Assembly (NCBI GenBank): GCA_905202215.1
Contig: CAJKRG010000006.1
Coordinates: 2,111-66,110 of the forward strand
Origin: an uncultured Porphyromonadaceae bacterium
GTDB lineage: Bacteria; Bacteroidota; Bacteroidia; Bacteroidales; Muribaculaceae
Direction: 5' to 3'
DNA: 64,000 bases
The first letter of the stretch is position 1. Each line of letters begins with the position of its first letter. The translations under genes were made by a program, and so were the position numbers. A model generated the notes under the pieces. It did no database searches and was not told the DNA's origin. It was given only the letters and a program-made list of their open reading frames with translations. Of this stretch, positions 28,160 through 36,696 are shown piece after piece.

Positions 28160-30556
28160 TCAGTCGAATGCTCCTGAGAGCGATTCGTCGAGAGTTTCTT
28201 CTTCTTCAACCGGGGCGAATTCGGTTTCGCAGAGGTTGAGGCCTGCGGGGAATTCGAAGCGGGAAGCCTGTGTGTAGGGCAGCGACGGGTCGGCATATAC
28301 TTTGCTGATATATTTTCCGTAGATTGGCAGTGCCATCGAGGCGCCTTGGCCCTGAGCCATATTGTTGAAGTGGATATAGCGGTCTTCGCCTCCCACCCAT
28401 GTGCCCGATACCAGGTCGGGAGTGAAGCTCATGAACCAGCCATCGGCGTTGTCGTTGGTCGTGCCGGTTTTGCCTCCGGTCTGAGCGGTGACGTTGAATG
28501 GCGGGCGGCGCAGGCGATTGCCGGTGCCGCTGTCGACAACGTTGAGCAGCAGCGATAGAATGCGCCAATAGCCTTTTTGCGTTATGACCTCGGTCTGCGA
28601 GGGTGCAAAATCGCTTATTATGTTGCCGTTGGCGTCGGCAATGGCTGTGACGAAGACGGGGTCGGAGCGCATGCCTTTGTTGGCGAATGCACTATAGGCC
28701 GTCACCATTTCTTTGACAGATACTTCGCACGGGCCGAGGCAGAGCGACTTCACTGCCGGAAGAGCGTTCGTAATGCCATAGCTGTGCATGCGTTTCACGA
28801 GTTCAGCCGGGCTCAGACGGTCCATGATTCGGGCCGAAATCCAGTTGTTGGAGTTTGTGAGCGCCCAGCGGAGGTCTACCATCTCGCCCAGGCGTGCATG
28901 GCCGGCATTTCGGGGCTGCCAGATTCGTCCGTTTTCGTCATATAAGGTCGGCTGTTCGTTGAGCAGCTGGGTGCACGGGGTGAACTCGTCGGTCTCGAGG
29001 GCGTATGTATAGAGGAAAGGTTTGATGGTCGAGCCGACCTGGCGGCGACCGGTCGATACCATGTCGTACTGGAAGAAGCGGAAGTCGGGGCCACCCACAT
29101 ATGCCTTTACAAAGCCAGTGGTAGGATCCATCGACATGAAGCCTGTGCGGAGGAAGGATTTTGAATAGAGCAGAGAGTCGCGCGGTGTCATCACTGTGTC
29201 GACAGGGCCGTCGTAGCTGAATACGGTCATTTCTGTCGGAGTATTGAACTCGGCTTCAAGCTCGGCCTCGCTTTTCCCTGCCACGCGAGCCACACGCGCA
29301 CGCTCGCTCTGCCTGATGGCGTTTTTGATGAGCTTGGCGCGCATATCGTCGCTCAGCTCGCCGCGGTTGGAGGTGTAGGGGGCGGCTGACGATCCTTTCT
29401 TCTCGCGGAAGAACTGGCTCTGGAGCGTTTTCATATGTTCCTGCACAGCTTCTTCCGCATAAGTCTGCATACGCGAGTCGATGGTCGTGTAGATCTTCAG
29501 TCCGTCGTTGTAGATGTCGTATTTTGTGCCGTCGGGCTTACGGGTCTTTTCAATCCATCCGTAGAGCGGGTTGGTGGCCCAGGCGATTGAGTCGTCTGTA
29601 TATTTCTGTCGGTCCCACGACGGATAATTGGAGCGCACGGGCTTTTTGGCCGTGAGATAGCGGCGCAATTCCTCGCGGAAATAAGGCGCCAGGCCGTCTT
29701 TGTGATCCACGCGGTGGAAATTGAGAGTAAGGGGTTCGTTCTTGAGGCGTTCAAGTTCGTCGCCGGTGAGCATGTCGGCCTTGTACATCTGTTCAAGTAC
29801 CACATTGCGGCGGTCTTTGGTTCGCTCGGGATGACGCACGGGGTTGAAGTAGGACGGGTTTTTGACCATGCCGACCAGCGTGGCTGCCTCGAGTACATTG
29901 AGGTCGGCCGCTTCCTTGTTGAAATATACCTTGGCCGCCGACTTTATGCCGACAGCATTATAGAGAAAGTCGAACTGGTTGAGATACATCTTCAGGATTT
30001 CCTCTTTCGAATAAAAACGTTCGAGCTTTATGGCTATCATCCATTCGATGGGCTTCTGCATGGCTCGCTGCAATATTCCGTTGCTCGGAGGAGTGTAAAG
30101 CTGTTTGGCGAGCTGCTGGGTTATAGTGGAGCCGCCGCCGGCGTTTTTCTGTCCGAGGAGAACGGTCTTCACCATGGCGCGGGCTATGGCTTTGACGTCG
30201 ATGCCGGAATGATCTTCGAAGCGGGCGTCTTCCGTGGCTATGAGCGCGTCGACGACGGCCGGCGAAATTTCGTCGAAGTCAGCATAGACGCGGTTACCCG
30301 TATTGCGGAAATAGCGTCCCATTTCCTGACCGTCGGAGGTATATATGACAGAGGCGAATTTATCCTGCGGATTTTTCAGCTCCTCCACAGGTGGCATATA
30401 TCCGATGACGCCGTTGTAGACGAGAATGAAGAATATACCGATGAATACAACAAGCGCCACAAAACCGATCCACATCCATCGGATCGCTTTTCTGACCCAG
30501 GGTTTCTGCCGGGGGCTTTTTCCCGTTTTTTTATTTTTTTGATTAAGAGTTGACAT
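28160..30556 (-). CDS. mrcA: penicillin-binding protein 1A (bifunctional transglycosylase/transpeptidase)
   Basis: N-terminal TM anchor. GT51 motifs (EDARFEDHSGID, GGSTITQQLAKQ) and a transpeptidase domain with STIKP (SxxK). The likely start is MSTLNQKNKK at 30554-30556. Confidence 0.85.
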   Translation of the reverse strand: MSTLNQKNKKTGKSPRQKPWVRKAIRWMWIGFVALVVFIGIFFILVYNGVIGYMPPVEELKNPQDKFASVIYTSDGQEMGRYFRNTGNRVYADFDEISPAVVDALIATEDARFEDHSGIDVKAIARAMVKTVLLGQKNAGGGSTITQQLAKQLYTPPSNGILQRAMQKPIEWMIAIKLERFYSKEEILKMYLNQFDFLYNAVGIKSAAKVYFNKEAADLNVLEAATLVGMVKNPSYFNPVRHPERTKDRRNVVLEQMYKADMLTGDELERLKNEPLTLNFHRVDHKDGLAPYFREELRRYLTAKKPVRSNYPSWDRQKYTDDSIAWATNPLYGWIEKTRKPDGTKYDIYNDGLKIYTTIDSRMQTYAEEAVQEHMKTLQSQFFREKKGSSAAPYTSNRGELSDDMRAKLIKNAIRQSERARVARVAGKSEAELEAEFNTPTEMTVFSYDGPVDTVMTPRDSLLYSKSFLRTGFMSMDPTTGFVKAYVGGPDFRFFQYDMVSTGRRQVGSTIKPFLYTYALETDEFTPCTQLLNEQPTLYDENGRIWQPRNAGHARLGEMVDLRWALTNSNNWISARIMDRLSPAELVKRMHSYGITNALPAVKSLCLGPCEVSVKEMVTAYSAFANKGMRSDPVFVTAIADANGNIISDFAPSQTEVITQKGYWRILSLLLNVVDSGTGNRLRRPPFNVTAQTGGKTGTTNDNADGWFMSFTPDLVSGTWVGGEDRYIHFNNMAQGQGASMALPIYGKYISKVYADPSLPYTQASRFEFPAGLNLCETEFAPVEEEETLDESLSGAFD

Positions 30557-30604
30557 ATGTTTTATGATAGAGAGACTGGAAAATCGTGTAAAATTAATCA
30601 AAAC

Positions 30605-31498
30605 TTACCAAATAAGCAAATTGCGGTCGACGCACTCCGCAATCAGGAAGCATATGGCACAGGCGAACATACACATCGAGGTCATGCCAAGCAAGGGAGT
30701 GAGAGCCGCGCCTGTGCGTTGCCCCATGGCTTTTGTGATAAGAGCCGTTGCAAGTAGATATGCGGCTGGCACGGTCATCCATGCCATGCGCTGTACATAC
30801 CATATGTGCATGGTCAGGGCAACTGCGAGGATGGCATTGGCCATATACAATATGCGCATGGCTTTTGGCCCCCACGCTGTGGCGAGGGTGCTTTTGCCGG
30901 CGGCACGGTCGTCGGGTATGTCGCGGTAGTTGTTTATCACAAGTACATTGGCACCCATCAGGCCTATTGCGCATGACCCGAGGAAAACCGGGTGAGACCA
31001 TTCGAGTGCCTGTACGTAATAGGTCAGATTGACAGGGATAATGCCGAAAAAGAAAAATACGGCGACTTCGCCGAGACAATGTGTTGAGAGAGGATAGGGG
31101 CCGGTGCTGTAGGCGAGCGCTCCGAGTCCGATGGCTATGCCGGCGCCAATAAGCCAGTAACCGCCCCAGTACGTCAGGCTGAGACCGAGCAACGCAGCGG
31201 CGCCGAGGACTCCGAATGTGGCTGTTTTCATGGCGCGGGGAGTGATCTCGCCCTCGGTCACTCCCCGTCGCGGCCCCTGGCGTCCGCGACGGTCGCGTCC
31301 GGCCTTGTAGTCGTAATATTCATTGGCGAAATTCGAGGCGATCTGGCATAAAATAGCGAAAACAAGGCATATTGCCGCCGGCAAAGCCTTGAAAGTCCCG
31401 CTACTTATATTATATGCCAAAGCCATCAGCACTCCGGCCACAGAGACAGGCAGCGTGCGCAGACGCATGGCTTCGATCCAGTATCCAATCTTTTTCAT
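30605..31498 (-). CDS. menA: 1,4-dihydroxy-2-naphthoate octaprenyltransferase (UbiA family)
   Basis: UbiA-fold polytopic membrane protein. N-terminus (WIEAMRLRTLPVSVAGVL) and the Asp-rich motif NEYYDYKAGRD are typical of MenA. Confidence 0.75.
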   Translation of the reverse strand: MKKIGYWIEAMRLRTLPVSVAGVLMALAYNISSGTFKALPAAICLVFAILCQIASNFANEYYDYKAGRDRRGRQGPRRGVTEGEITPRAMKTATFGVLGAAALLGLSLTYWGGYWLIGAGIAIGLGALAYSTGPYPLSTHCLGEVAVFFFFGIIPVNLTYYVQALEWSHPVFLGSCAIGLMGANVLVINNYRDIPDDRAAGKSTLATAWGPKAMRILYMANAILAVALTMHIWYVQRMAWMTVPAAYLLATALITKAMGQRTGAALTPLLGMTSMCMFACAICFLIAECVDRNLLIW

Positions 31499-31621
31499 GC
31501 CGCAAAATTACTCTGAATTTATGAAATATTCCTATTTTGAGAGACTGAAAAAGGAATATATAGATAATGACAATCTCTGTAACTTGTGGCTGGATTGTAT
31601 TGCCATGACGGTTTGCATAAA

Positions 31622-32500
31622 TCAGAGTTTTTGTCTGTACATTGCGCGAAATTCCGACGGAGTGCACTTTTTTCGTTCACGGAAACAACGGCTGAAATGG
31701 CTTACGTTATTGAACCCGCATTCGTAGCATATTTCTGAAATCGGCATCTTGGTGTACACAAGTCGCCTCGAAGCTTCTCCTAATCGCATGTTTATGATGT
31801 AGTCGCTGACCGACAGGCCTGTATGCAATTTGAAAAAGCGCGAGAATGATGATTCGGTCATCCCGATTATGTTTGCCAGATCAATCAGACGGATACGTTC
31901 GGTGATGTGCTCGGTGATATATGTCTGTACTTTGGTGATTCGACGGGAGTCGTTCGAAGTATATTTGTGGGAGAACGTTGAACTGGAAAGCATGCACATA
32001 TCTTTACTGTTGGCAAGTATATCCATAAGTTTCAGTAGGTCGTACATTCTGGCGATCGGACTTGTTTCTTTCGCTATTTTATTGAAATAATAAAAAGTAT
32101 GCAACACGGTCTCTGTTCCGAATGCCACACCGTTTGTTGCCTTGTCTAGCAGGCGCACAATACTGTCGAAGTTATTGCCTCTCAAATAATCGGGATTATA
32201 ATAGTCGGGACCAAACTGAATGGTGAATTCGCTTATTTTGTTCGACTTGCAGTTATACATTTCCCACCCGTGTTCAATGCCGGGTCCCAGCAACACCAAA
32301 TCAAAATCATCAAGCACCTCAATGGAGTCGCCAACAATACGGCGGGCATTCCTGCATCCATAGATAAAGTTTAGTTCATAGGCATCATGGCTGTGGACCG
32401 GATAGTCAAATTCAGACTTTTCTCTTGCCACAGCATAAAAATCATATTTGCCTTTTATAGGTACTAATTCGGTAATTATCTCTTTATTTGGGCTTTTCAT
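31622..32500 (-). CDS. AraC-family transcriptional regulator
   Basis: C-terminal dual HTH of the AraC type (GFNNVSHFSRCFRERKKCTPSEFR). It is divergent from the GH5 gene. Confidence 0.75.
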   Translation of the reverse strand: MKSPNKEIITELVPIKGKYDFYAVAREKSEFDYPVHSHDAYELNFIYGCRNARRIVGDSIEVLDDFDLVLLGPGIEHGWEMYNCKSNKISEFTIQFGPDYYNPDYLRGNNFDSIVRLLDKATNGVAFGTETVLHTFYYFNKIAKETSPIARMYDLLKLMDILANSKDMCMLSSSTFSHKYTSNDSRRITKVQTYITEHITERIRLIDLANIIGMTESSFSRFFKLHTGLSVSDYIINMRLGEASRRLVYTKMPISEICYECGFNNVSHFSRCFRERKKCTPSEFRAMYRQKL

Positions 32501-32800
32501 GGTGGTTTAAAACTACAAACGGTGTTCTCGGCATATGCAAAGATATACTATTTTTCTGCAACGTGCCAATTGTGTTTTATCGCATATGGCATATGATGCA
32601 TATGTAGTTTGCTAATTTTAGCTTCATAGTGCAGGAATCGGAATATCGGTAAAATTGCGTGAAGTTTATAACTTGGTTGATAACAGTTTGTTGCGTCGGA
32701 TTTGCGTCCGTATTTTGTTCTGTTTTTGTCTATTGCTCGTCTGTTCTTGAAAAAGCGGTTAATAGACAAATGCAGAACAATGATACTTTAAAACTCTCTG

Positions 32801-32808
32801 TACTTTTG
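32801..32808 (+). promoter_or_regulatory. -7 box TACTTTTG upstream of the GH5 gene
   Basis: Matches the TAnnTTTG consensus and lies ~40 nt upstream of the ATG at 32850. The -33 element is weak. Confidence 0.35.
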
Positions 32809-32849
32809 CAGCGAATAGCAAAATACCATAGTTAGACACTGCAAATCCC

Positions 32850-33965
32850 ATGAAAAGATTCTTAAGTTTATTATTAATTCATCTTTATTATTTTGTCATT
32901 GTTCAAGCTCAGGGAAGTTTCAGCACCAATGGATCCCGTCTTCTTGATGCTAATGGCAACGAGTTTGTAATGCGAGGTGTAAATTATTCGTGGTGTTGGC
33001 AGAAAGGCAAGGAAAATTCAGTCATTCCCGCCGCAAAACGTATAGGCTGCAACACCGTGCGCATCCAGCTTGGAACAGGTCGCCGCTTTTCTAAACCGGG
33101 TTTACGCGACCTCAAGAAACTGATTACACTCTGCGAGGAAAACAGACTGGTGTCAGTCTTTAATACCCACGATGCCACAGGAAGCGATGACTATGCAGAC
33201 CTTGAGGAGGCTGCTGATTTCTGGGTGGCCTTTGCCGATATTCTTAACGAACACGCCAATACAACCATCATCAACATTGCAAATGAGTGGATGGGGTCAA
33301 TGAATAAAGCCAGCCAATGGGCCGACGGCTACAAGAAGGCGATAGCCATTATACGCGACGCCGGTATCCGCAACACCCTTATGATAGATGCCGCCGGTTG
33401 GGGCCAATGTCCAAAAAGCATTTTCGAGAAAGCAAGCGATGTGGCCGCTGCCGACCCTCTTGGCAACATAATTTTTTCAATGCATTTTTACGATGTTGCC
33501 GCTAAAAACTCAAATACGGTCCGTCAAAACATCGACCAGGCTATTCTTACCGGATTTCCGGTTGTAATCGGCGAGTTCGCGTGCAGCCACGGCGGGCGTT
33601 ATGTCGACTGGCAGACAATTCTGGACTATAGTGCCGCAAAGAAAATGGGCTGGCTGGTCTGGAGCTGGACCGGTAATAGCGGGGGCGTTGAGGACTGCGA
33701 CATGTTCAGAGGCTACGATGAGTCTGCATACCTTCCAAATGGCACGAACACCGTGTTGGGCCGAAACGGTATCAAAGAAACCTCAACCGAATGCTCGGTT
33801 TTCGGCAACTCCGGTATTAAAAATATAACCGAATCAAACGATATCGACATGTCTGAACCTTACGAAATCTTCGATATAACCGGCCGACGTGTAGAACGAT
33901 TCACCGGACCCGGCCTCTACATTGTGCGGCAGGGCAACAAGATAATAAAACTATTCAAACAATAA
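32850..33965 (+). CDS. secreted GH5-family glycoside hydrolase (probable endo-beta-1,4-mannanase) with T9SS C-terminal sorting domain
   Basis: Signal peptide and a (beta/alpha)8 GH5 core. The conserved acid/base region IANEWMG matches GH5 NEx(Y/M)G. The last ~70 aa (YEIFDITGRRVERFTGPGLYIVRQGNKIIKLFKQ) match the Por/T9SS type-A C-terminal domain pattern. Confidence 0.7.
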   Translation: MKRFLSLLLIHLYYFVIVQAQGSFSTNGSRLLDANGNEFVMRGVNYSWCWQKGKENSVIPAAKRIGCNTVRIQLGTGRRFSKPGLRDLKKLITLCEENRLVSVFNTHDATGSDDYADLEEAADFWVAFADILNEHANTTIINIANEWMGSMNKASQWADGYKKAIAIIRDAGIRNTLMIDAAGWGQCPKSIFEKASDVAAADPLGNIIFSMHFYDVAAKNSNTVRQNIDQAILTGFPVVIGEFACSHGGRYVDWQTILDYSAAKKMGWLVWSWTGNSGGVEDCDMFRGYDESAYLPNGTNTVLGRNGIKETSTECSVFGNSGIKNITESNDIDMSEPYEIFDITGRRVERFTGPGLYIVRQGNKIIKLFKQ

Positions 33966-33984
33966 TTAACCAATTAGCTAAGAA

Positions 33985-36429
33985 ATGAACAAATCAATCT
34001 TATCATTTATGGCTGCCATGGTTATGACTCCGGCAATCAATGCTGCCGAACTCGACCTGACACCCATGTATTCCGCAGAATTGTGCTGGAACGGAGCATC
34101 ATTAGAAAACAATAGAGCCTCATGGACCGAAGGCTGGGGCGGCATTGTATTCAATCTTGAAAACAAGGACTATTCGGGCTACAACTATGTGGTTTTTGAA
34201 TTTGCAGAACCATCGCATGCAAAATTCAAACTTGAATCTTACTATGCCGCTGAAAGCGATGCAGCAACCGCAACGGAAGCCGATGCGGCTTCCTCAAAAA
34301 TAATCATGAAGCTGGATCAAACTAAGAAAGGCGACATTGCCAAAATAGCCTTGATGTCGGCTAAACCAGGTTCCACAACTATTTCAAAAGCCGTGATGGT
34401 TGATGAACTTGAAACAGATCCCGTGCTCTTTGATGGCAGTGTTGAGGTGCCTGATATGAAGAAAGTATATTTCAAACTTGGCGCAGATAAATTCATTGGT
34501 CTCAAAAAAGGGCAGACACTCACTGTGGAATTTACCACAGGCTCGCTCCAGCAGTATGCATCGGTAGATTTTTACTCCAACAATGCCAAGCTCGCATGTC
34601 AGAATACTCGCACCAATACTAAGAAAGACGGTCAGTTTGATCTCGGTACAACCTATACTTCAACAACTATAGCCGAAGACAGCGATGTAGAAAAACTTCA
34701 GGCATACGGACTGCAGATTAAAGGCCGCAATGTGACCATCACTAAGGTGACACTTGCCGACGGACCCGTTGTTCCCGATAAGCCCGAAACTCCTGATACA
34801 CCCGACAGCCCGACCGACAATATCCTCTGGACTGGAGAAGCTGCTACCGGCAGTTGGGCCAACGATGTTACTGTCGATGCTCCCAAGTTCGCCGCTCTCG
34901 CTGCCGGCGATAAGATTGCAATCTATCTCAATGTTGATGCCGGCAAGGACTACGGCAACATTGAACTTGCCGACCAGAAATACACCAAACTGGCCGCTGA
35001 TGGCACCGGCGAGGGTCTTGACAACTATGGCTGCATTCAACCGGACATAAACTGCATTACCTACGAGCTGGGTGCGGCCGATGTCGCTTTGCTCAAGAAA
35101 AACGGCCTGCGTGTCAAAGGCGCAAACATTACTGTCACAAAAATTGAACGTATTCCTGGAACCGGTGGTAGCGTCGTCACTCCTGGTGCGACTGAACTCT
35201 GGACTGGAGAAACTGCTACCGGCAGTTGGGCCAACGATATAACTGTCGATGCTCCCAAGTTCGCCGCTCTCGCTGCCGGCGATAAGATTGCAATCTATCT
35301 CAAAGTTGATGCCGGCAAGGATTACGGCAACATTGAACTTGATGACCAGAAATACACCAAACTGGCCGCTGACGGCACCGGCGATGGTCTTGACAACTAT
35401 GGCTGCATTCAACCGGACATAAACCGCATTACTTACGAGCTGGGTGCGGCCGATGTCGCTTTGCTCAAGAAAAACGGTCTGCGCGTGAAAGGCGCAAATA
35501 TTACAGTCACAAAAATAGAACGCATTGCAGGGGATGGCGGCAGCTCCGATATTCCAGGGGAAATCGAGCTCTGGAACGGAAACTTTGCCACCGGCAACTG
35601 GGCCAACGATGTTACTGTCGATGCTCCTAAGTTCGCTAACGTCAAAGGTGGTGACATTATATCGATTTATCTTGGCGTTGATGCCGGCAAAGACTATGGC
35701 AACATTGAGCTCGATGACCAGAACTACACCAAACTGTCGGCTGACGGAACTGCTGCAGCTCTTGACAGATATGGCTGCATTCAGCCCGATGTTACTAAGC
35801 TCGACTACACTCTTACCTCTTCAGATGCCGCGCTTCTCAAGGCTAATGGCCTGCGCGTGAAGGGCGCAAATATCACAATAAGCCGCATTACACTGACTGC
35901 TGGTGATGGAGAACCCGATGAGCCGGCTGTGCCCACTAATGAAACCGTGTTGTGGAGCGGTAGCGTCAACTGTGGTCAATGGGCTCAGACAGTGCATGTA
36001 GCTGCCGAAAAATGGGCAGAAGCAAAAGTTGGCGATAAATTCAAAGTAAACCTCAAAATAAATGCCGGCAAAGGCAAGGGTATAATAAAGGTGCAGAGTG
36101 CAGGCGCAGACCTTGAGGTCAATGGCAAGGGTACAAACATGGATGCCAATGGCAATTTCCAGCGCGGAGCCTCTGAAGCTGTATATGAACTTACGGAAGG
36201 CGACCTTGCAATGCTTAGGCAGAACGGCCTTACAATCTCCGGTTTTGCCGTTACAATCTCACAAGTCAGCCTGCTTTCTCCTGTCAATTCCGGTATCAGC
36301 GATGTCTTTGTAGATGAAAATGTTTCTATCGAATATTATAACCTCAATGGAATACGTGTGGACGAACCCACTCCGGGCATCTACATTCGTCGACAGGGCA
36401 ACAAAGTGAGCAAGGTTATAGTGCGCTAA
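33985..36429 (+). CDS. secreted multi-module protein with four tandem ~124-aa CBM-like repeats and a T9SS C-terminal sorting domain
   Basis: Signal peptide and an N-terminal beta-rich region, then a Pro/Thr/Asp linker (PDKPETPDTPDSPTDN), then four tandem ~372-381-bp repeats starting near 34825, 35197, 35569 and 35950. The first two are ~95% identical at the DNA level. The C-terminus YYNLNGIRVDEPTPGIYIRRQGNKVSKVIVR is a T9SS CTD. Confidence 0.7.
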   Translation: MNKSILSFMAAMVMTPAINAAELDLTPMYSAELCWNGASLENNRASWTEGWGGIVFNLENKDYSGYNYVVFEFAEPSHAKFKLESYYAAESDAATATEADAASSKIIMKLDQTKKGDIAKIALMSAKPGSTTISKAVMVDELETDPVLFDGSVEVPDMKKVYFKLGADKFIGLKKGQTLTVEFTTGSLQQYASVDFYSNNAKLACQNTRTNTKKDGQFDLGTTYTSTTIAEDSDVEKLQAYGLQIKGRNVTITKVTLADGPVVPDKPETPDTPDSPTDNILWTGEAATGSWANDVTVDAPKFAALAAGDKIAIYLNVDAGKDYGNIELADQKYTKLAADGTGEGLDNYGCIQPDINCITYELGAADVALLKKNGLRVKGANITVTKIERIPGTGGSVVTPGATELWTGETATGSWANDITVDAPKFAALAAGDKIAIYLKVDAGKDYGNIELDDQKYTKLAADGTGDGLDNYGCIQPDINRITYELGAADVALLKKNGLRVKGANITVTKIERIAGDGGSSDIPGEIELWNGNFATGNWANDVTVDAPKFANVKGGDIISIYLGVDAGKDYGNIELDDQNYTKLSADGTAAALDRYGCIQPDVTKLDYTLTSSDAALLKANGLRVKGANITISRITLTAGDGEPDEPAVPTNETVLWSGSVNCGQWAQTVHVAAEKWAEAKVGDKFKVNLKINAGKGKGIIKVQSAGADLEVNGKGTNMDANGNFQRGASEAVYELTEGDLAMLRQNGLTISGFAVTISQVSLLSPVNSGISDVFVDENVSIEYYNLNGIRVDEPTPGIYIRRQGNKVSKVIVR

Positions 36430-36470
36430 GCCTTCGACACTGCTATACTCTCAATCCTCGTTAGGTCATG

Positions 36471-36616
36471 GTGTCATAACTCAGCTTTTCAAGGCAGTAG
36501 GGGCGCGCGTTCGGCGGGGCCGCCGAGAATTGCTTGCGAAATTCGCAGATAGCCAGACCTTTGATACGCGGGCGCGCCGAACGCGCGCTCCTACTGAGGA
36601 CTATGTATTATGACAC
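36471..36616. repeat. 146-bp nested palindromic element (9-bp terminal inverted repeats enclosing a 22-bp GC-rich inverted repeat)
   Basis: Outer inverted repeat GTGTCATAA (36471-36479) and TTATGACAC (36608-36616). Inner arms CAGTAGGGGCGCGCGTTCGGCG (36495-36516) and CGCCGAACGCGCGCTCCTACTG (36575-36596, one mismatch), separated by a 58-nt GC-rich spacer. It lies between two convergent genes. Confidence 0.6.
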
Positions 36617-36642
36617 ATCTTCCTGACAGTTAATGAAATAAA

Positions 36643-36672
36643 GGCCCACGGAATTTGAGATTTCCGTGGGCC
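36643..36672 (-). terminator. rho-independent terminator of the M16 peptidase gene
   Basis: Perfect 11-bp stem GGCCCACGGAA/TTCCGTGGGCC with an 8-nt loop. On the minus strand it is followed by a U-rich tract (complement of AAATAAA at 36634-36640). Confidence 0.65.
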
Positions 36673-36696
36673 TCATGCTTGTGGGGGAGGAGCTGA

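Noticed and set aside
29702-30553. 283-aa plus-strand ORF
   Set aside because: Antisense to the PBP1A transglycosylase region.
32548-32769. 73-aa minus-strand ORF in the AraC-GH5 divergent intergenic region
   Set aside because: It overlaps the predicted promoter region and has Lys/Arg-rich low-complexity sequence with no start context. Likely spurious.
34660-35412. 250-aa minus-strand ORF with internal repeats
   Set aside because: Antisense to the tandem-repeat region of the multi-module T9SS protein. Its repeats simply mirror the sense-strand repeats.
34825-36320. Possible CRISPR array because of the ~370-bp periodic repeats
   Set aside because: The period is far too long. The repeats are in-frame coding modules of one ORF with no spacer-like unique segments, and there is no cas gene in the window.
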